Shown here: in pieces, positions 13,496 through 26,912 of the stretch
How positions within the stretch are numbered: position 1 is the first letter of the stretch
Layout: the number at the start of each line of letters is the position of its first letter
Origin: Lingula anatina
Lineage: Eukaryota; Animalia; Brachiopoda
Length of the DNA stretch: 64,000 bases
Assembly: GCA_051362555.1 (NCBI GenBank)
Contig: CM120642.1
Span: 20,212,001-20,276,000 of the forward strand
Direction of reading: 5' to 3'
Position numbers and translations under genes: made by a program
The notes under the pieces: model-generated
Databases searched by the model: none
Seen by the model: the letters and a program-made list of their open reading frames with translations, nothing else
What the model was told of the DNA's origin: nothing

Positions 13496-16400
13496 TTATA
13501 TTATCCTCAAAGTCAACAACAGTGGTTGCCTGGTTGATTTTGTTTGTGCCATATGAGGATGTGACTTTGTGGAAGTATAATTATTTAAGCAAGAGGTTCT
13601 GATGTTGGACTATTCATTATTCCAAAAAATTTGATTTTACAAGTGTGCTTACGCAATTAATGTTGTGATATTTCTGCTTGATTGTAATTTTCAACCACAA
13701 ATCAGGGATAGAAAGTTCCCTCCCTCTAGAGAATCACCTCATTACTCAAACAAGAAATTTGAAAGCTGCTGGAGTCTGAATAAAATTTTAAGAAAGGGAA
13801 CGTTTCTGGAGGGTGAGAGTTTTCCTCCTTTTTTTAAGGCTGATCTCTTTCCATCACCGATAAATATATTTACGAGGTGATATATATTATGTTCACAATT
13901 TGGTAGCAGTATTTGGCAGTACCATTTAGGACTAGAACTACTCGATGTGTCTTGGTTGATCTCTGTTTTAGAGTACTTAATAGGGAACATTCATCTGAGG
14001 GTAAATATACGCATGTTGAAAGCTTTTTATTTTTAGATAGAGGCAAATGCTTTATGATTGAACATTCCATATTTATTAAGATTTTCCAAAAACAGTGATA
14101 TTTATTAATTTCAATATATATAGCTGTGATATAAGAATTTTTGGACAATGTCATTTACAGATTTTTTCAACTCTCTCTTTGCTGTGTTATGTACATGTAT
14201 AAGATGTATGACATTCCCAAAGAAAATAAGACTAAACTTAGATATTTTTCTTGAATTTATGCAATACAGTCATTGTTTTAATGCATTTAACTTATACATG
14301 TTACAGTATTGTTACTGTTTGACTGCTTTTATTCCGTCCAATTAATGTCACTAACAACTGGTCTTTATACTTGATATATGCATTTATATTTTGTTTATAA
14401 ACTTAAAGCACTATTTTTATGTGCATATCCGTCCTCATCTACACCATGTCCATTTCTATAGAAATGTGATTTATCAATATTTCAATGTTTTTTTTTTGTT
14501 TTTTTTTTTTTGCATTTGTCGATTTTTTAAACAAACAGCATTATTTATAGGCAATATAAGTCAAATAAGTGTGTAGGCTTCTTTTAACTTTTTTCTTCAT
14601 TATTTTTAATGCATATTTTAGACACTAGAAACACGGATTTTCTTATATAATAGTAACTCAGTGTCATCACTTGACGTTTGATCTTCACACACATGTATAA
14701 AGTATGTCTCCTTAATCTAAGCCAATTTAAGTAATAAGACATGTCAGTTAAAGGAATAGAACAAACTCAAGCATGATGTTCGAAATTTGGCTGATGAAGG
14801 TCCCATTAATAAAAAGAAATGGAGCGGATAAGTGATAAACATTGAATAGTGTTGATTAATGATTTTAACTTATGCGTAAGCTTGAAATATCTACATTTAA
14901 AATATAATTTCCAAACAAAAAGAGCACGCATAATGTTAAATAGGTAGGATAAGGAAGATATTTTACACGGAAAAGAGCACTGATAGATGTAGTGATATTA
15001 TCTGTACGGATGTTACATGTTGTGATACGATCAGTAAATGAGTTGCTTTATGTTCATAATGTCGTTGTTTTCTTTAATTCCGCCGCACTTGGAATTACAT
15101 GTATGTAGTGTTCATTTGTGATCATTACATAAAGCAAAACGAGTGCATTTCTTCGGGTCATTCTCTGCTAACGGTGTGGCTTTGGGCAGAACGTCACAAC
15201 GTTTACGTGGTTTAAACAAACAACCGCTGAATATTTGCGTGCCTGTCAACACTGGGGACGCACCTCCCGATTCAAACTAAATATCTCGATCTGTCAAGAA
15301 TACTTACTTTCTCAGTTTCACTGATTGTTTGAGTGGTCAGGGAGAGTGGAGTGTAAGGGGTGCATGGATATCTCCCTGTCTGGCTGGTGTTAATGTTGCC
15401 GCACAGGATGAGATTTTACTGTCTCTCCAAGACAACCTATAGAGAACTGCATTTTTTATGATCGTTAACGACCGAGTGGAGAGGCCAATTCTCATATTTC
15501 GCCAAAGGATTTCAAAAAGACTTGACCGTCTGGACTGGATGGAGTTTTACGGGAGAACATGCTATATTATACGCCTCAGTGACTAAAATAGTATACGATT
15601 TCATCGCACGGCGCTCGTAGCAAATGTCAGAGATAAAGTAACCTTTTATGGTTTGAAAAAATTCGTTTTGTTAAACAAGGAAGGATGACGCATATGAAAA
15701 ACCTCTTAGAGCCTTTAGAACAATAAAAAAGATCAAAACCAAGTATTCAGCTCACCTTACCTACCAATAGCTGACCAACCGTACATAAAGTTTGAAACTT
15801 TATATTCTGTCAATCAAATTCACTTGATTGACGGCTGTACAATCGAACGTCAAAAACGTGAAAGCTAGCAGTGAGATTACTTTAATAGCAAAAGGATTTT
15901 ATTAATACATACTCGTACAATATCAATATTGATTAGTGGTATCAATTCGTAATAACGAGCCATCACTCATCAAAATAGCCCTAGATTAATTCCCGATTCT
16001 TGATTTGTGATCACGGAAATAGAGTTTAACTCACAAGTGTTCGAGAAGAGATACCGTGTCACGTTCGAACTGGGACTCATCTACTGGGTATATATACATA
16101 GAAGTTACCTTGAGGATAGAGGAATAGCTGTGTTCCTCAACAGTAATACCTCAGTGGCGACACTTGTACAGGGGTAGTAGTGCTAGGACTCTAAGATCTT
16201 TTATACAGTGTGATGGAAATACACAAAAAAGAATAATATAAGATAGAAACTAAATGCACAGTTCCGACCGAAAAGAATCAAAGACCGAATGTCAGGAATG
16301 AATGATCCAGACACAAAACAGCCGTAAAAGTGTAAAAAGAATAACATATTTTTCTTTTGTTTTACAAGAGGACAAGTTTGCACAATAACCTGATGGTAAC

Positions 16401-16735
16401 GTTTTAAAGTCGACACAATCTCTTCTAACACAATACGGTTCCACTGATTTTTTATTTATTTATTTTTTTTTGGGGGGGGGGAGGATGTTCATTCGTTAAA
16501 ATAAATTTGATTGCTGAATCTGCTCACTTGATACACCATGTATCGTATATGATGGCTGATGAATTGTGATTCCTTTTTCCATTATGATTTCAGCAAACCC
16601 AAATCAACTTCCCGGGATAGGCATTCACTGTGCGTTATCGTATCACAAAGACTAATCCTTAAATCAAGGCCACAGTCCGGAAAGATGGTATATATTATCA
16701 AGTGAATCAGAATCGGAATGACTCACACAGTGTTC

Positions 16736-19700
16736 TCACAAGCATGTGGTCCTGGTATGTACCTGGGTTTCTCGTTTTTTCTTCTTTAGTTTCCCACATA
16801 TCTTGATATTGGCAAGAGTGTATAACATCGGGTTCATGGCGGAGTTGATAGGTAAGATAAAGACTGCGACCCAACTTGAGACCTCAGGATTAATTGGGAC
16901 GCCTGCCATGCTCAAAATCCCAAGCACCGTAACTGGGACCCAGCACAAAAAGTCGGTTATCAAAATCAGAGAGACCCTTTTTAATAACTGCACATCCCTA
17001 TGTGTCTCTTCTCTCCCAGATTGCTTCCTCGATTGATAGACATGTCTCAGAATGGCAACATAGGCAGAAGAGATGAAAAGAAAGGCAGTAAAATTGAAAA
17101 ATACGAATATTACGTAGGCGTATTCCCTGCCCCCGAACTCGACCCTGCTCAACGTGAACGGCAAACAGACCGAGTTATGTCCGTAAAAATCTTTGAAGTA
17201 ACCGACTTCAATAAGAGGAACTGTACTTAACATAACAACTACGACCCAACTGAGACCAGTCATCAATAAGCTCGCCTTCGTGTCCATCTTTTGAATCTTC
17301 ATGGCATATACAATAGACACCAGTCTATCTGTCGTGATCAAAACTAAGATCACCACAGACATTTCACTGGAAACCATGGACAGAAATCCTGCAAATTTAC
17401 ACAGACCACTAGACATCCATTTGGTGGCTTGAGAGGCGTAAAAACCACGGTAGCTAGTGTCGGCTGCGGCTATAATGACAAGGTACACCCCCATCAAGAG
17501 GTCCGACAAGGCAAGATTCATGACCAATATGCTAGAGGTCTCTATGTCTTAGCCAATATATGAGCACGACTGCATTACCCAAGCATGCTAAAATTCCCAT
17601 AACCCAGATGGACACCTGCAGAAATTGATTTTGCAGCAGGTCAGAGCAGGAGGAGAACTCGTCTTTTGGGGGAAAGCAAACGCCAACATTACCCTTCCGC
17701 TGAGCCAGGCAACAAATACCAAATTGATCGGACTTCAGTGTCTCTGCGCTAAGCTCTACAAATGCCTCAGGTTCTACCAGAGCGTCCTTGTTACCTGATA
17801 TATCTAAAACCTTAAGTCTTGGCAGACCCCTGAATGCACCGTCTGCCACGGACGATAATGCATTATGGCTTATGTTAAGAACAGAAAGAGATTTCAAGCC
17901 TCTGAAAGTATCTCTTGATAAAACGTTGATATTAAAGAAGCTGAGGTTCAAAATCCCTAAGCTTCTTAAGCCTTCGAATGCACCGGGTTCAATCATTTGC
18001 AGAGAGTTTCCTTCAAGAATCAAGTGTTGAAGGTTGATCATTCCAGTAAAGACATCGGAAGTAAAAGCTGCTATCTGATTGTATGAAAGATCTAGATATA
18101 AAACATTTCTTAAGTGTAAGAAGACCCTAGGTGGAATCGTTTTCAAATGGTTGAAACTGATATCGAGTCTCACTAATAAAAAGTATCCTTTAAACGCTTT
18201 ACTCCTAAGAGACAAATTGTTTCTGGCAAAATCCAGCCCCCTAATATCAGGAGAATACTTAGGTATGGAACTTAATCCTTTCCCCGTGCAGTCCAAAAAG
18301 TATCCTTTGTGCTTGCAACCATTGGATAAGGTTGCATTTATGTCACAGAAAGCTTCGTCGTCAGTTGAGTGTTTACAATTCACTACACCATTGCAAACTT
18401 CACTCTGGTGCAAACACTGGCGTTCTCCTCTACACCGAAAATGTCCTGGACATGTATAATTGGTGCATCTTGCTTTATCCTCGTCTTCCCCGCGAGGACA
18501 ATCTTTTTCCCCGTCGCAGACTTGTCGCAATGGAATGCAGTATGTGTTGGGGCATTTAAACATACTGGGGCATTCATACGTCTGGCACTGTTGAAGATGC
18601 TCAAAATGTCTACAGTCATTTAACGCTTTCTGTTGCACTTTATCGTGAATACAGGCCAAATGACGAGGAAAGCAGTGGTTATGACCAGGGGTACATCTGA
18701 TTTGGTCTAGAGATGGGCAATAAGTGTAGTTGATTTGTTGGCTGAATGTGCTGGATTCGCAGCTGGTTTCCTTGGCATAAGGAAGGGCTTCGATGGGCTC
18801 ATCCTCTTGTGATAAACCCGGGCAGTCCGGGTACCTGTCATCCTTAGTGTTAATATGTATGCATGGCCCTGCGAAGCACTGGACTCTGTTATCACACGGC
18901 CCCGGATGTCGAGGAGACGGAGGGTGTCTGTTAGGGTTTTCAGTAGTAGTAGGGTTTCTTTCAAATATTAGGGAAATGTTGCTGCATTGTCCATTTTGGC
19001 ACCTGTAATGTTGATCACTGTAAACAGGAAATAAACACCAGTCTTCGTCACTTCCGTCTGTGCAGTCATAGACGCGATCACACACCTTACTTATAGGAAT
19101 GCACGATTCATTCGTGCAGCGAAAGCTATCTGAACCACAAAAGCAGTTAAATTCGTCCTCTCCACCCAGACAATTCTTCTCCCCGTCACAAACATTTCTG
19201 ACAGAGATGCACGTCCCGTCACTACACCGGTATTGATGTGTGGAGCAGTCTTGTTTTTCTGTTAACAACGCCGTCTCGCAGAGAGCAAAAAGGGAGCCTT
19301 GTGTCGCATCTGACAAGCACAAGCCAGAAGTCATTATCATGACGGAGTTGGACATCAGCTCGTCACTTGCAACTGACACGAGCGCACAGTTTCCTGATGG
19401 GGTTCGGAACCAAGGCAAAACAAATTCCGAAAATCTTTTCACATTGGTAAGTTTATCACTAGTATCTAAAATGGCGCTTTGGTTCACCCACTGAGTTTCT
19501 TTAGCCCAGATCCTATGATAATATCGCATGTATTTACTATCCGAAAACGAAGAAGCATCGAACACTGCGACTGCTCCTCCATAAGAGCTGCACATTTCTA
19601 CTGCACTTTTAAAAGTGAGGCTGTTCTTGCCTTCCTTTGTCCAGTGGCTGGACTGTGAATATGCGACGTATCTTGTTTTATCAGTTATGGATATATTCAG

Positions 19701-21347
19701 CAGTCCGAAACTATCCAGTCGATACAAATAAAAGCACCGACCGCTGATGTACACCCATTTCTCGGGGCAGTAATGTTTTGGTATGAAAGACTCTCTACGC
19801 ATCACTGCATTTTTAAATAAAGTGTTGGTTTCTGGCAAATTACTTTTTGATTGATTTGAATCTGTTTTCAGCGTCTTGGATGACTTCTTGCAGACGGACA
19901 TCATGCAGCAGATTGGTTGTTGACATGGAATTCTTGCCCAATTTGACCACCGACTCTTGCCATGGAAATGTTCACGTTTCGGAGGAAAAGGCATCATTAG
20001 CGTGCACTCCAAAGTAAACTCTATTAGTGGTTGTAATAGGGTCTTTTCTACAACGGGCTTTAGGGGTTGGGGGATTTCAAGCTCGTTGTAGCCATACTTT
20101 ACTGGTCCGTACCACTCAGAATATACAAGGGCATTTTTATCTGTCCAGCGTAAGGGTGTTCCCTGAAAATTTGAATTGCATTCACTATACAAATGGGAGG
20201 AAAAACATTAAAAAGTATTGGTTTTCTTAATACCGATCTTGTTCCGTTGTAGTCTCGCTACCTATGAAAAACATGACATATATTGTTTATTTAGCATGTG
20301 GCTTGTCAAGATTGTTTCAAATGCGATTAAAGTAAACATAATTTTATGCACTAAAACTTTGTGAAATCTGGAGTCAACTTGAAAAGGCAGCCATACTGGC
20401 TGTTTGTCTAGAGTCACTGGTGTATCCACATCACATAGGAATAAACTATGGGAAACTCGATATCGTTTATTTTCCACTCTCTCCCGGGGGATGGCATCGT
20501 AGATTGCGACAATATCTCCATGGAAACCTGTACATGGTGAAAGGGTAATAACCATCTGGTCCGTGTTGCCGTGAATAGAAAATGTTGTCGAAGTTCTATT
20601 CACGTGATGTTTTCCCAACAGTTTTTCCACGCCTTCATCAATGTCATAAAAAGTTAAATCGCCACACGTTTCCTCTTCAGGTACTTGAACTGTGACATTT
20701 AGAACGCGATCCCCCGGGGCAGTTAGGTAAAATTTACACTGAGAGAGTTTTGACTGTGCTTTGATCCAACCTGATTGTAATCCGATGAAATGTGTACATG
20801 GTGAACTGACCTCTGATGAGAAATTAGAGATGCGGAATACATCCCCGGTAAATCCCGCCGCAGCTACCTCGTAATCGCTGCTGAAAAGCAAATCTAAGTG
20901 CCCCCTTGGTTGAAAAAGCAGCATGACATTGAAGATGTTCGCGTGGAAGGCACGCAAGAAGGTTTCCTGGCGGCCGCATACTGGTCCCCAAAGAATGGCA
21001 TGATCTTCTGTAATTACAACGTAGTCCTTGTCACAGCCAGGCGAATCCTCTAGGACAAAATGCTGAAAGTGAACGCCAACAAACCTTTGTCGCTCGGTTG
21101 TATCATTGTTCAAAGGAATCTTCTGCATGAGGTTTAACGGGTAGAGATCAGGGTGGAGCTTGTCTTCTTGATTTTTAAAAGAGAAGCGATCTTTTGTCAG
21201 CGGGGAGACGGTCGGTGGCGATATCGTTACGGTGCCAGGTTTGCTGGTAGAGTTTCCCAATTCTGACGACATCCCTTGACAATTTGTTATCAGTGAGACA
21301 GTCATAAGAAACTTTGTTCGAAGCGACATGGTATGGCGACGTGGCAT
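16736..21347 (-). CDS. GRL101-like / RXFP-type LRR-GPCR with CUB, C-type lectin and LDLa ectodomain; frameshifted after TM1 as assembled
   Basis: 20262-21347: putative signal peptide and CUB-like domains (CDKDYVVI..GPVCG..FSSDYEVAAAGF). 17532-20192: two CTL-like domains (WTD..YSEW; CPEKWVYISGRCF), several LDLa repeats (CDGEKNCLGGEDE, CDRVYDCTDGSDE), LRRs, hinge DEFSSCSDLL and TM1. 16736-17527: TM2-7 (NLALSD, DRL, DFLCWVP, LPINSAMNPMLYT). A probable intron at ~20163-20390 has uncertain boundaries. Confidence 0.88.
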
Positions 21348-24300
21348 CCCTTGCTTTCATCTAGTTTCTTTATCGTAGTAACGACTGTGGATACTCGCTG
21401 CAATATATATATATATATAGGCTGTCCAGAAACGTAGATAAATGACGTGTAATTGGACATCATTTTCCTCTCTCAGAAGCCAGGTGATAATTCAAAGTAA
21501 TATTCTTATTGTTAATTGCCATTCGATTCGGTTTATAGATCAATCTGCAAAAATACAAATGTCAAGTTTAAATAGACAGGAAAACTGACAACGACAAGAT
21601 TTATCTCTTCTGGCCATTACTCTTATCATTATAAACTCTCGGATGAAATAGAGTAATAATGTTTACGTGATTAATCATAATAAACGCTTTTCCAGAGACC
21701 ATTAATCCTAATGACCATTTATCTACCAGTTAATTGTCAACAAAAGAAATAAAAAAGTAATTATTTATCTTTTTCGACAATTGACATCAGTCAAATTATG
21801 TGGGTTAGGAAAGGGTTTGCGACTACAGTTTGAAATCCCTAATTATGCTCGGTAGGGTAGATAACGATCGCGAACATATACATGACTACAAGTATTTTAA
21901 CCATTTTTATGTAAAAAGTTAAGAAAAAAATTTGTCGACATTTTAACGAATTTGCTACAATTTTTGATCCACACTAACTGTTCGTATTGTTAGTATGCGT
22001 TTGGTTCGTAAGAAAAGAAAAATGAGCCCTAAACTGATTTACTGTTTTTCCACAGATTATTGGCATGTGACCTTATCTATAACCATGAAATTATAGACAG
22101 ATGTAGGATACTGGTAAGTAAATCTGATCAACTTCTAATGCAGAGTCACATTAATAATTAGCTTCAAGCTGGTGCAAAACCCAACACGTCAACTTGATAA
22201 AGAATTGCGATATTGTCAAACTATAAATAATTGTCGACTGTGAAATATCTTATTGCAAGAATAGCCAAAATTGGTACTGAAGTCCCATGAACTCATGGGT
22301 GTTTTTTAATTTCTCAATTTTTTTACCAGATCTTCTAATTTTTTATTTCCTTTTCAAATGAAAAAATGTACTAGATAATAGTAAAATACAATCTTACGTG
22401 AAAATGTGTAAACCTTTCAGAGGGAAAGCAACAAGAAATGCTGCAAATCTCTGCAAAAGTCGAGATCCTTGATAACGGTTCATCTTCAGGTATGTGTATA
22501 CGTAGCATGATTTTTGCGTTATAAATTCTTAGGGACGAAATCTTTTCAAAATCAACAGGATGCCCAAATACGATACCAGATATCCATGTCAATAATCACT
22601 AATTGCTGAAGTCCATTACCCCCACGCGGCAAGCATAATTGCCCTGCTTGAAGAGTAAAGACAGCCATAATGGTGAAGTATATGGTTTAAATTGACAACG
22701 ATCTGATGACCACGCAATAATGAGGTAGTAATGAATCTTGCCAGTTAAACCTTTATCTTCACATTTATCATGTTCCTATAACTGTCACTAGCTAACTCAT
22801 GTTTATCACATTTTGGCCGAAGTTATCGATCGAAAGTATCAATTTAATTGTTGTCTTTGACATAAGTTGACCCCTACTGACCTGTACATGTATGTAAATG
22901 TTGGCATATAAGTAAACGAAACTTATCCCAAGGAGGGTAAAACTGGTAAAATTTAAATATTTGAAGACCTAAGGACAGAAATAGGCTAATACTGACAGTA
23001 AAGTAATCGGTAGATAAAAGTTTTATTATTTTACTTGCTTAAGCCCTTTTTAAACAGGAAGGTGACCATTGTGCCTTCTTTGTTCGCCCGTGAAACTGAC
23101 CAGGTCACCGTTGACGACTCAAAAGGGGGACGGTGATTGCTAAAATTGTATGAAGAATGTTCGCGATGTGGACGCCATGGTCAGCGCAAAGTTTTGAACA
23201 TATTCAAAGTAATCGAACAAAGGACGCGGTGCAGGTTGGTCGGTGCAAGCTGTGGTTGAAGACAGGGGACACAAGCACTGCTTTGGTTGCAGAATGGATG
23301 CTCAGTGATCGACCTGTGATCGGCATATTTGCAAATTTTTTGTTAAACTGGGACTTGCTTGGGTATTTTTTTGAGAGGCAAAAAACCTGAAAGTAACAGC
23401 TACATGTATTAGTGGTCTTACATTGGCCCCTAAGCAGAAAAACGAAAGGGGGTTGTGAGACTTATGTCATATACCTCTTGGGTACGCAGGCAAACTTTGT
23501 AGTACGTCCTCATACGCTCAGGGAGATGAGGTGTTTTGAGCATGTTCGTTAAACAATTTAATATGCTAGAAAAAGGATGATTTCATAGCAACAATTCTCA
23601 AGGTGTTTTATTATTGGGCAGTTAGGCCGGCATGTCTAAGGTATGACAAACTTCAATGAGAACTGTACTTTTGAATGTACTTTTTAATGCAAAATGGCTT
23701 AAAGACAATAACTTAAGATATAACTCCCGTATGATCGATTTCACGTGCGATACTCATGAAGAGTACGGTACGGAGTATCGCACATGAAAAGAAGAGGAGC
23801 AAACGTTATTTAAATTGCAGGTATATTTAAAAAACGATTCTGCAAGCCATTGGTTCATTTTCTTCAAAGCTGGTGGTGGTATAATCGATTTCACGTGTGG
23901 TACTCATATGGACCTACATTGTACATATGTAGGTGTAACAGAGCTTAGATTAACTGGTCAGCGGTGCATTCAAGATTGTTGGGAAAAAAAGAGAAGCAAA
24001 ACATTTCCCCTCGCTTGCCGCTGTGAACATTATAAATATTTAAACTGCAGGTATATTTAAAACACGCTATTGTTTCATTTACTTCAAAGCTTAAGAAAAA
24101 GAAACAACAGTCCCGTTTTGAGAGCCAATCTCTTAAATATCCATTATAAATGAAGAAAAGTTTCGGGCACCCAATCAGGTCATCCACCCTATGGTCAGGT
24201 ATTTGGACAGGGCTTATTATTGTAATCAGTGTCTACTGAAGTTTAGGGTAATATACTCTATATTTGGTAAGATTAACTTACGATTAATGAACTCCCATTA

Positions 24301-25161
24301 CAAAGTTGATCAAAGAAAAGGATGCATTCTGTTTACCACGCTTAAGCCGTTAGTGGTTTGTGTGCTGCGCGCTCTTAAAAGCGCACCATTTCTGATGCAA
24401 ATAGACTGGTATTTTACGAAGTTTAATCGGCAATTTGCACTTACGTATTTATGGCGTATTAAAAGAGGGTATTCATCTGAAACCTACGTAGACAAGGAAG
24501 GAAGTCAAACGTTAAAATTAAGATCGCCGAAAGTGATTAAAGTGGTTGTTTATGTTTTGAGCATGGCACAAGTGTGAATAAAGTATTAGAGTCGCATGCT
24601 GTGGTTCACCATAGCTATACGGGAGTGTTATGCCAATGAGTACCTATGACATACCAGATAAAATGGCGGACACGCTATGGATAAGTGCAGGCACAAAATT
24701 AACAAACTATTTCTTCCTGGTGTCTTGTATATCACAGAAATATTTATATGTCTTCAAATTTATACTTGCAGAGCAAAGAGGTCCAAACACATTTATCGTT
24801 TCCCCCTCCCCAGGCATGTACATATCCTAAGCAAAATTCTAGAACCGCCAGTTAACACGATCTAATGAAGGCGAAGAACGCTTGGTGTTGATATAATATG
24901 GTTATTATTTCAGATATTATGAGTCACAACATAAATTATTGTGAAGGCACACGCCTTCTTCTGTTTATAGCAACCAATGACTTTTTATTCCATTTGTGCT
25001 GTTCGTCACCCGCCTTTATGAAAACTTTTTAAAATGAAAAGTTCAGATGACACCGAACATTCAACATAATTCTTTACATGATAAGTTACATGTTTGAGTA
25101 AACGAAACACGTTTCTTTTCTTGTGGAATATTTATGTAAACGTTATTTAATGTAAATGAGC

Positions 25162-25341
25162 ATATAACTTACCTCAGTTCTTATAGTCCTACTCCCCTGA
25201 CCAGGGCAAGTGTTAAGATAATGGTCAAACAGCAAACTAGGGTCCTCTATGTCCAACTTAGTGTCCACCTCTAGACTGGCCTCCATACACTATAAGTAAG
25301 TGTCTGGAATAAAAAGCAACAAATTCATTGCTTTTCAAACA
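25162..25341 (-). pseudogene. SPOUT1: Duplicated and rearranged SPOUT1 fragment (one exon plus a 3'UTR piece)
   Basis: Near-identical to 57222-57390, including both splice sites, but with a 17-nt deletion at a CCA microhomology. Fused at AATAAA to a copy of ~56675-56709. Confidence 0.92.
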
Positions 25342-25605
25342 ATTTTGGGGAGAAGGCATGTTGCTCAGAAATTGTCATCCAATTTGCCTGCACATTTCGA
25401 AGTCACTGCTTATTACTTATTACTCTTATTATAAAATAAAATGATAAACAAAATAATCAAAATAAGAAAAAGCTAATAATATGTGTATGTTAATCAATTA
25501 GTAATTATATAATTATATAATCAATTATGGGCATCACTATCAAACGCCACCCCCTATGAACAAGTTGAGCAGGAACGCCACCATGTGACTTTACATCACT
25601 AAAGG

Positions 25606-25640
25606 TATAAAAGCGCAAAATTTTGAAATTGCGTTCATTC
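25606..25640 (+). promoter_or_regulatory. TATA box plus initiator core promoter upstream of the exon array
   Basis: TATAAAAG at 25606-25613 and Inr TCATTC at 25635-25640. With A at 25637 as +1, the TATA box starts at -31. A CpG-richer leader follows. Confidence 0.6.
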
Positions 25641-26576
25641 AACGCAGACAGTTTTGGAGGAACAAGACGGATGCTATGTACTGCGCCCAGTATCAAGCAC
25701 AAAGGACACAGGAGTCGACTCGCATTTCTCCGAATCGTTTCCTCGTCCCAAGTCAACGCATCGCTCATCGACATGTTTCTTTCACACGCAGTCGTCTGGA
25801 CGGAGGATCCGACGTTTCTCTAAGCTGACCAGCTAAAACCTTCGCTTTTATCCACAAGGAATCGTCGCTCAGGAATCTTCGCAGGATTTGTCATCGGCTC
25901 TCTGCTGTTGTGGGCTATCTTGTTGTAGTGTCATTGCATACATTTCCATTCATTCCAGGTTTCTTCTTATTACATATATAGGTAGGAAAAGTCATTAATC
26001 CGTTTTTCTTTCTTTTAACAGAACTCGATTATGGCGATTCTCGATACAGCTCCCACTGACAACTGCAAGGAGAAGGGGGCCACATCGACCCTTCAGATAC
26101 TTCGATCAATCCTTGGGGTCAGCGAGTCCTGCTACCAGTATGCTCTGTCTACGAGGTGGCTGCAGTGGGTAAGCGTCCAAGGCATGTGGTGTTTCACTGA
26201 GATGGAAACCCTTAAAGGTAAGCCTGAATGCAGATTGCTGACATAGGTAGGAAAAGTCATTAATCCATTTTCTTTCTGTTAACAGAACTCGACTATGGCG
26301 ATTCTCGATAGAGCTCCCACTGACAGCTGCGAGCAGAAAAGGGCCACGTCTACACTTCAGCTACTTCGATCAATTCTTGGTGCCAGCGAGTCCTGCCAGA
26401 GTCTGTCTGCAGGGTCCAGCATTTGGGAAGCGTCCAGCAAGTCCTGTCATGGTCTGTCAACGAGGTGGTTGCTACAAGGTGGCTGCATTGGGGAAGCGTC
26501 CAGCGAGTCCTGTCATATGGTCTGTCTACGAGGTGGCTGCATTGGGGAAGCGTCCAAGCCATGTGGTGTGTTTCAC

Positions 26577-26875
26577 GAAGGAGTTATAACAGAAGGAGAT
26601 TACACGCAAGCCTCTGTATTGTCCGATGTCTGTTACGGTGGGCGGAGCTAGCTACGGGGGGGGCCTCCTGTCTCAAGGTTTCGTCTGGGTCGCTCTCCTC
26701 CGCTTGGAGATTGATTTTATATGCGTTATTTCGCGTTAGAATTCGAGATCAGTAGTGTCAAAGCGGCGCTGTATGCTGACGATTTTTTTTCACCGTTAGT
26801 TATCTGGACGATGTGCTGGGAGGGAACGATATCATAGAAAGCGATTATAAGGTGGTGACTGAGGATGGTCGCCAT

Positions 26876-26912
<37 letters not shown>

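Noticed and set aside
14749-14770. TTAAAGGAATAGAAC as a Kolobok-like left end
   Set aside because: No matching right TIR found.
15460-15545. DFKK.LDRLDW, resembling the LINE reverse transcriptase motif DFEKAFDRVDW
   Set aside because: Requires a frameshift and lacks convincing flanking RT motifs.
16060-16080. GTTCGAAC, resembling a tRNA B-box
   Set aside because: No cloverleaf or A-box context.
16746-20230. Plus-strand and alternate-frame ORFs over the GPCR
   Set aside because: Shadow ORFs of the real coding strand with no independent motifs.
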